NCBI RefSeq assembly: GCF_018977255.1
Contig: NW_024704743.1
Location: 115,880,001 to 115,944,000, forward strand
Direction of reading: 5' to 3'
Length of the DNA: 64,000 bases
Origin: Callorhinchus milii
Taxonomy: Eukaryota
The notes beneath the pieces were generated by a model. The model saw only the letters and a list, made by a program, of their open reading frames with translations, ran no database searches and was not told where the DNA came from. This document shows positions 40,701 through 49,700 of this stretch, one piece after another. The stretch's first letter is position 1. Each line of letters starts with the position of its first letter. The position numbers and the translations under genes are program-made.

Positions 40701-43700
40701 ATATTCTAGGCTAACACTCCATTGCAGTGCTGGACCAAATGGCATCATCACCCTACTGAGACTTTAAAGCAAGGTCCCACCTGCCTGTTCAGCTTAAAGA
40801 TCCCATTGGCACGATTTGAAACAACATTATTGGAAACCCTGCAAGTTTCACGCTCACACAGACAGAGATGTTTTTATTCAAATGTTTTTTTGACGAATCC
40901 AAGCAAAAGAAAAATGTTTAATTATCTTTGTGATTCCGTGACCTGACAGGTTCCTGTTTTAAAACCGAAACCGACTTTGAAACAGTTTTCAAAGGGCTCT
41001 TTAAAACCTGCAGTTGCGTTCACTTATTACATTATTTGCACGTTTGACACCATCTGGCACAAATGGTTCCCATTACACGCGCCCCACTTTTCAGTCTCGC
41101 GGACTCTGAAGTATTGCAAATTAAAACTAAATTGACATGTTACTGGGTTATTCAAACTGTGATATTGAAAGAATTAAACTGCAGGAGCCCAGGGAACACT
41201 GTGACAAGTTAGAATTGAATCCCCCTCTCCACCCTCCACACACTCCCCACCTCCCCCTCACCACTTTTGTTTTTTTGGCACTCTGCACATTCCTTTGGAT
41301 GGACAACATGTCCCAAAAGCATTTACAATTCAAGCTGCGTTTGCCAAAGTACTATCTCTGTTGACTGACTGTTAGACTGTCAAATTCCATTGAAGATAGT
41401 CAAACCCAATTAAAGGATACAATGGCAAGACGTTACAATACACAAACACACCCATCACACCGCTACTGGCAATTGGTAAATCTTCCCGCTGCCGATCTGA
41501 TGCGGGAGCAGTGACAGAAGCTCAAATCAACCACATTTATATAGCGCCTGTCACGAAGAATAAAGAACGTCTTAGAGCGCTTCACAAGGGTACTGAACAA
41601 GGGGGAGGGGGTAAAGGGGAGGTGTAGAGGGGCATTGTGTCTACCTATAGTGTTTCAATCCCACTTCCAACTTGTTCCCCAAAAACCTTTAAAATTAAGT
41701 TTCCTCAAATATTTATCTGTTTTCCTCTTAAATGCTGTAGTCCCTCAAAATATCTTCTCGTTAGCCATTCTATTAAAAGGAAATCAATATAACTTTGGCG
41801 AGAAAAGTAATGTACCATTTGGTAACGGGATATTACACCACCCATTCATATCTCACCCTTGAGATTCTCCAAAGCAATTCATATATGTTTGCTGACAGCA
41901 ATTGTACCCCTAACCTCCTTCCTCTCCCAATGCATTCAACCCACTTCTGGCAACCTTTAAATCCGACCTCTTCAGCCATGTGGCTATTGTCACCTCCTCC
42001 TTTCTCCCTCTCCCACGCTTTGCATCCCACCCTGTAATTATAAAGTGAGCCAAGATACTATTCTTCATAAAGTGCGCTATATAATTGCGAGTTGTTGTGG
42101 TTGATAGATTGACGGAACAATAATCATTTACATTTGCCACCTTTGTGAAAACGTGTTTGCCAAACTCTGTCGCTTTCCAGTTGCATACAGCGGTGCGAAT
42201 TGTGTTCAATTGCATCAGTTACAAGTGACAAATACTGGATGGCTCTCGCCAACCATAAGGCTTTGCCAAAGTGCAGCACAGCACAAAATGCACAGGGATT
42301 TCGTGCTGTCTTTTCCCAGCAGGAGCTGCAGTGTCATTCAGTGTTGGCTCACTCCACATCATGCATTAACTACATTCAATGCACGTTTTCCTCAATGTAT
42401 CAGACAGTACCCACAACACAGCTGGCTCACAATCACTGGAGTCTTTTCCCCTCCCCTTTAAAGTTCTCCGTCTCTTTCACATATTCTTTTGTATCACTTT
42501 ACAATGGCAGGAAATGATTATCAGTCACAATGAGCTATCTGCTTTACTGCAGCCATTTGTGGCAAGGCAAAGAAAGCAAGGCACTACTTTACCAAAGGCT
42601 TCTCAGCCAACTCATACTTTGCTTTTACCTTGTAGTTCCAATTTCCCGAAGTCTTGCACCAAAACATGGATCAATCCTAAGCTTTTACATGGCCTCTGAC
42701 AGGTAAGTGATCGTCAAGCTTCACATTTCTGGATGCTCTCAAAAGATATTAATAAAATAATGCTTGCATTTGATATCACGTCGTTGAGACATGTCAACAT
42801 GCTTCACAGAATATGCTGTAAAGTGGAGTGACTGTGTATTTTATGGGTGGAACAATGCTGTGAAAGGGTGGTTGCTACACATCAGCAGTCAATTTGCACA
42901 GAGCAGTATCTCACAAATAGCCATGAAGTGAATGAACAATTTTTTATCTGGGGGATTGTTGGCAGGACACCGTCAGAATCAGGTCTCTCGCTTGCAAAGC
43001 GTCGATAGCGTCCTGGGTGGGGGGAGCGGAGAATGCTGTTGCGGGTGGGGGAGGGAAGGAGAGGAGGAAGGCTTTAACTTCATCAACTTAAAAGACTTTA
43101 GTGCACTGTAATTTTCAGGGCAGGAATAAAGCGATCTCTTAGTTTGGGAACACCTTTGTTGCTTTCTGCAGTGCTGAACAGAGCAGCATTGATGAATGTG
43201 AATGACTGCATGACCCAGGTTGACCCTCCGCTGACAAGAGGAAACATAGCGATGGCAGGTGGGCGAGTGGTTGGGGGGTGGGGCGGAAAGGAGAGCAAAA
43301 GGAGTGGGGGGGGGAAGGGAAAGAAAAAGACCAGTCTTAAAAACAGTGAAAGAGAGGGAAGGGAATAATCAGCTACGCCTGTTACCAACATCGTGTCACA
43401 CTTAGCAAACAATAAACCAGCCTGACTCAGTTAGTTGGTAGCGCTCTTGCCTCCGAGTCAGAAGTCCGTGGGTTCAAACTCCCCTTATCAGGACTTTGAA
43501 CTCGCAGACCGCTCCAGTGCAGTGTTGGGATTGCACTGAAATGTCGGAGGTTCTATCCTTCAAAGGACACGTTAAACTGATGTCTTACCTTCCTGTTCAG
43601 GCAGATGTTAAAGATTAGAAAAGAGAAGGGAATTTCTCCTGATGTCCTGACCAAAAAATCCTCCAAAATAAAAACTGTCCATTCACTTTGTGGCTGTGCG

Positions 43701-46700
43701 TGGGAATTACTGAACTGGCTCCAAGGTGACGTATTGAAACAAGAAGCCCTGGCAGCACAATTTGTGTATGGAGCTAATTTTATAAATAATAATCCTTGTA
43801 CTTGATATAACACCTTTCACAAGGGGAGAATGTTTCATAGTGATTCACAAGATCTACTGTAAATCTATGTATTTTTATGCAAATTTGCGCAAATTTGTGG
43901 AGTCCTGTAGCTCAGTGGTTAGAGCACTCGCTTTGCAAGCGAGAGACCTGAGTTCAATTCCAGGCAGGGCGAAACCTTGGGCAAGTTTCCTTACTCCACA
44001 CGCCTAATAATAATCCCTCCAAAAAACAATAATAAATTGGTCATTTTCAATCTACGACTTTTTGTGGGACATTGCTGTGCGCAATTGGCTGCCGCGTTCG
44101 CCCACAAATATCAATCAATTCACTTTACAGTGTGTTCTGTGAAACGCTTTGGGACGTCCTCCCAAAGTGAAAAGCGCTATATCAAATGCAAGGATTATTA
44201 TTATTATTTATTTTTGGTCAACCAGGTGTCTGACACGCGCGTTGAAAACCCATCACTGGATTCCGACATTGAACGTCGGAGTCCAGCCAGCCCTTGGTGA
44301 CAAGCTCAGTAGTCCAGTTCCTGAGCCAGACGGGTCTGCTGTGCTCCAGGGCACTGCTGATGACGGTACAGCTAGCCTGGCTCATCGGCAGGACTTGGCA
44401 GGGCAGACCAGTCACTGGGAGCAAGGAATCCTCACACTCAGCTCCTGTTAACCCTGCAAGCTAAAGCCTAACCCGGGTAGCAGCGGGAAAGCTTACCAAA
44501 CAGTGCTGTCAATGGCAAGCTATGTAGTATTAGCTGGTTAGATTCCAGCAGCCACCACAACATGCACTCTGGGGGCCCTAAGCCTTGGCTCCTGCCAACC
44601 TGCACTTAATACTTTCTGGAATTAGGTAAGCAAAACGCATCCCTCCAGGGAGAGAGTGTGCATTCCATTCCAACAATCTATCTCTGGGATTTCCATACAT
44701 GGAATCCTCAAGTTTGGTTTGGATATTCTTAAGCCTGGAGATGGATTTCCAACACATGTGTCAGCCACCTGGTTGACCAAACATAAATGCACAAAATTGT
44801 CTGGTGTATTTGTCCCCCAAATTCGTAGAGTTAGAGTAAATCTTGTGAATCGCTATGAAACATTCTCCCATTGTGAAAAGTGTTATATCAAGTGCAAGGA
44901 TTATTAGTTATAAAATTGGCTGATGCATTTTCGCTGACAAATATACAGTCAATTCACTTTACAGCATATTCTGTGAAGCGCTTTGAGACGCCTAGAAGAT
45001 GTGAAAAGCACTATATCAAATGCAAGGATTATTAGGATTATTTATTTATGAAATTAGCTCCTTACACAAATTATGCTCCAGGACTTCTTCTTCTGAGACG
45101 CCGTACGGTGTGGAGGGCGCTATATAAATCCAAGTTATTGTTGTTCTTGTTTTAATACACAGTTAGAATAACAAGAACAACTTGCATTTATATAGCACTC
45201 CTCACCAAGGTAGGGTCCCAGACGGCTTAAGTGTAATTGAAGAAAGCTTCTTCAGACAGGCCCAGAGCAATCCAGACAGATGAAAGTTAAAGGAGATGAG
45301 GTAACTACACAGCAATTCACACCCGCTGCAGGACAGCTGACACTTTATGAGTGTTTTCTCACCAAATAACCATCCTGTGGTTCAATACAAAGTCTTGCTG
45401 TCAGAAACAAAAGGCTCGAAGGAGAGGGGAAGAGAGGCTCAGTTCAGAAGTCAATGCATTTATGTTGCCTCTAAGCTACAGTGCAAAAAAAAGGCCCTTG
45501 AAAACCTTTACAGAAAACTCAGTTTTTTAAGGCAAATCAGTGAAATGGCTCTTTAACGCTTGTTTTTCCCCCCAAATTATAAAAAAATGTCTCTTTAATC
45601 GACTGTTTGTGGGACACTACTGTGCACAATTGGCTGTCGTGTTTCTCCCACAAAATATACAATCAATGTACTTTACGGTATATTCTGTGAAGCGCTTTGA
45701 GACGTATAGAAGACGTGATAAGAACCTATATCAAATGCAAGAATTATTATTATCAGGAAAAACAGGAGATCAAGGATCATTCAGAAGCTTTGACCAAAGA
45801 AAACGATCTTGCTCTCAAGTGTTTAAAATATTCATAGTTTGTGCAGCGCGGTGGGGAGTGCGGTGATATCAGATCAGGTTTCAGTTTCATTCTGCGCTCG
45901 TTTGATCAGCTCCAAGGCCATTCCTACAAGACAAAACCGCAGAATCAAAGGCTCGGTCAGTTACCAGCATCAGTTATGGGGCAGTCGAGAGATACATGAT
46001 GGATAAAGTATGGTGCAAAGCACTAAACTTTAAAAGGGGAAGAATGTTTGCTGTGGGCAGCCTTTTTTTAATGTGACATTTAAGCCGCTGCTCATTGTTG
46101 TTCTTGCAGTGACTGGGGCAGCGCACGGTCAGGGCACAGGGTGCCTGGGGGCCAGCAGCTGTTTAGCCACCTTTGCACAAAAAGTGTTGGATCATTCATT
46201 GTACAGCTTAGATAAGGGCAGTGGCTACTCATGCAGAATGCTCAGTGCAAAAATAACCTCTGTAGACTGCTGGTAGTCATTACTGACATTTATAATACTC
46301 CCTATAAAGTGGATCATTCATGCTAGTCCACACTGAGCTTTTCTGTCCATAAAAGCCGCTATACAAAAAAAACAATTATTTCTACTTTGTGTTCACTGTA
46401 TCAGGTTTGGATGAGGGGGTGGGTGGGAGGAAAGAGGCAATACTTTGTGGTCAGCAGTGACAATAGGACTTCAAGGTTTTGGTGGGTGAATAATGCTGAC
46501 CAAGAAAATCTGAGCTGAGAGATGGAGTTACTCGTAAGCTTTCTTCTGTCTCACAAGTTAGTTGGGGTGAAGTGTGGGTGGGTGGAGGGAAAGGGAGGGG
46601 TCGGTGGGGCTGGAGAGAAAGGAAGAAAATTCTATTGGCTATTCAGGTGGATATCAAGAATCCTATGGCAATATTTGAAACAAGAAGGGATTTTCTGCCA

Positions 46701-49700
46701 GCAACCTGGTCAACAATCTTCCTAGTTGGATAAATTTACCTCTTTGAAGATTGTTGTCAGAAGGACCTCTCAGAGCACTTCGCAGGATTCATAATAATAA
46801 ACCGTGCATTTGATATAGCGCCTTATTATGTCTTCTAGACGTCTCAAAGTGCTTCACGGAATATAATGTAAAGTCGATTGACTGTATGTTGTGTGGACGA
46901 ATTTACTGTGAAGTGGATTAACTGTGTGTTTTGTGAGTAAATGTGGCAGCAGAATTGCTCACAGCAATGTCTCGCAAACAGCCATGGAGTGAGTGACTAA
47001 TTTTATTAGAGGGACTGTTGACCAGGACACACAGAGGGAGAATAGTGCCATGGCATCTTTTATATCCAACTGAACAGGCAGATGGGCCCTCGGTTTAACG
47101 TCTCATCTGAAGGATGGACATTTGTAGCTGATTGAATTAAGCAGCTAAGTTTCCAGTTCTACTCTAGAGAGTTCAACATTGGAAACATGCGGGACACTTT
47201 CTATTCGGGGAAGGTCAAAGAAAAGAAATAAGTCCATATTGAAGGCTGAAGAAGTACTTTGAAAGACATATTACTGACTAACTGATGACTGATTGACTGA
47301 ATGTGGTGGAAAATGGTGAAGTGCCATTTCCCCCTGCGAACATCTCATCTCCTCCTCTCACTCCTCTACCAGAGCGATTAATCCCTTCCTTAACCCTAAG
47401 CCAACCCTAATGCCCCTCACACTGAACAGGCACTGAATCCCGTGGAAACAAAAGCGTCTCCCGACAACAGCTTTAAGAGTTAACTTGTCAACAATTCAGA
47501 GTCACAGTTAACCTTTCTGACCACAGCACTGCATTTCAATGACACTAAAACAAGCTTGTACTGGCAACATAGCAACAGGAGTCCATGCAACTCGGGGGTT
47601 TGCTCCACCAATTTAATTTGTTAAAGGCAGATGGCTCTTTCTTCACAAGTTCCACCTGATCTTTGCCCGTGGGGCCATTTTGTCTTTAAAATGTAAGATT
47701 GCGTGAAACTGTCCAAAATTCTTCCAACTCGGTCTCAAATTGGAAACGGTTTACTGCAGTTCCTAAAAGGAGGCACAATTCTACGTAATCTTAGTACTGT
47801 ATTAGCCCAGATTATATGAGCTCAAAGGCCTGACAATGAGCTTGAACCCACAAGTTTCTCTCTGCAGCGAGAGTGTTACCGACTGAGCCAGGCTGATACA
47901 CAATTCAGTCTCTCTCCACCACTGCAACGTCCTTCACTCCTATTCTCTTGCCTGTGTTCACTATTATACTGACTCTGGGCAAGCAAAACGAGATTCCTCA
48001 CTCCCTCCATTGGTGGCCAACAAACAAAGCCCCCAATCCCTCCCAAAATTCATCTTCACCTTTCGCCTTCTCTCTACACCTTCAAAACTCTCTTAACAAA
48101 AACTCTAGACCGTGCGTTCAGACAACATCTTTACATTAACCTCTCCTAACCTACATTTTTGTGATGTGGGCTGTATCACCCTGGCGTAGTTGGTAGCACA
48201 CTCGCCTCTAAATCAGAAGGTTGTTGGTTCAAGCCCCACATCGGGACTTGGAATCACATAGTCTAAGTTCACACTCCAATGCATTGCTGGGGGGCTGTTA
48301 CATTGTCAGATGTGCTGTCCTTCAGATGAGACTTTAAACCGATGTGCCATCTGCCTGTTCAGATGGACGTTAAAGATCCTATGGCATTATTTGAAAAGAG
48401 AAGGAAGTTTCTCCTGGTTACCTGGCCAACAATCCCCCAAATAAAATTGAGCACTCACTCCATGGCTGTTTGTGGGACATTGCTGTACACAACCGGCTGA
48501 TGTGTTTCGCTCACAAAATATACGGTCAATTCACTTTACAGTATATCCTTTGAAGCCCTTTGAGACGACATGAAAGGTTCTATTATATCAAGGGCAAGGA
48601 TTATTATTATCGCAATCATAGTGGAAAGAGCTTCAAGGCGATTATTCCATGTGAAAAGAGCTAGATTAGTTCTGTGTAACCAGCCCACTCTTCGACAATG
48701 CTTATGGTCCTCTCTCCCCTTAGCCACTCACTCACGCACTCTCCCTCACTGGGCGCCACATCTCGCCACTGTGAATTGCTCGGAGACATTTCGCCCACAA
48801 ATATACAGTCAATTCACTTTATAGTATATTCTGTGAAGCCCTTTGAGATGTCTAGAAGATGTGAAAAGCGCTATATCAAATGCAAGGATTATTATTATTA
48901 TATATTACCCTATGTGAAGGGCTGTATATAAATGCGTGTTCCTCACATCCGTAGGAGAGGTTAGGAGGTGAAATGAAACTGCGAGGACCAGTTGGCCTTT
49001 TCACAGATTCTCATTAACCTCTGGGGCCAAGTAAACAAAAGAAAAGCTTGATAAGTAGGTGCAGGTGTACAAATAAGAAAAAAAGTGGCATTAGCTTGGT
49101 AACTTGTTTGCTTTGATACTCGGGAGCAAAAACAGAGGATCGGACAGGATACAAAGCCATTGCCCCCCCACCTCCCACTTGTTAAAAATCACACACATAA
49201 AAGTCACAAACTTGAAACATTTGGAAAGGGAATGAGCAGCGAGGAGCAACGATCATGCTAATTTCTTCCTTAAAACGCTTTTGTCTAACATTCCCCCCCC
49301 CCACACACACACACATACACCCCTCTGAAATGTTACACCCGTGCACAAAATGGCTTGAATATTTTCTAACAATTGAGATGTGAAGGTCAATCAAGGGATG
49401 GATGGAGGAGGTGAGCGACAGGGGACAAGGAAGGGGATGTCTCTGTCTACCCCCTTCCCAAGTCCTGATCTTTGCAGTAATTCCACAACAACAATAATTT
49501 GCATTCATATAGTGCCCTTCGCCATCTCCACACACCATCCATTCCCTGCCCCCTGCTTACTGTGTGTAAGAAACTACAGTAAAGGATCGGAGATCGATGG
49601 GAATATTTGCTATATCAAATGCAAGGATTATTATTATTATTATCATCATTGCAGAATCAGGGAACATCCAGACACACGAAATTCATTAGCATTTTCTTCT

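Noticed and set aside
43897..43972. tRNA-Ala gene (also near 54160, 56790 and 63330)
   Set aside because: Each runs directly into a SINE body and tail, and the copies are diverged; these are SINE heads.
47388..47412. Interstitial telomeric repeat
   Set aside because: Only about three degenerate units; consistent with chance.
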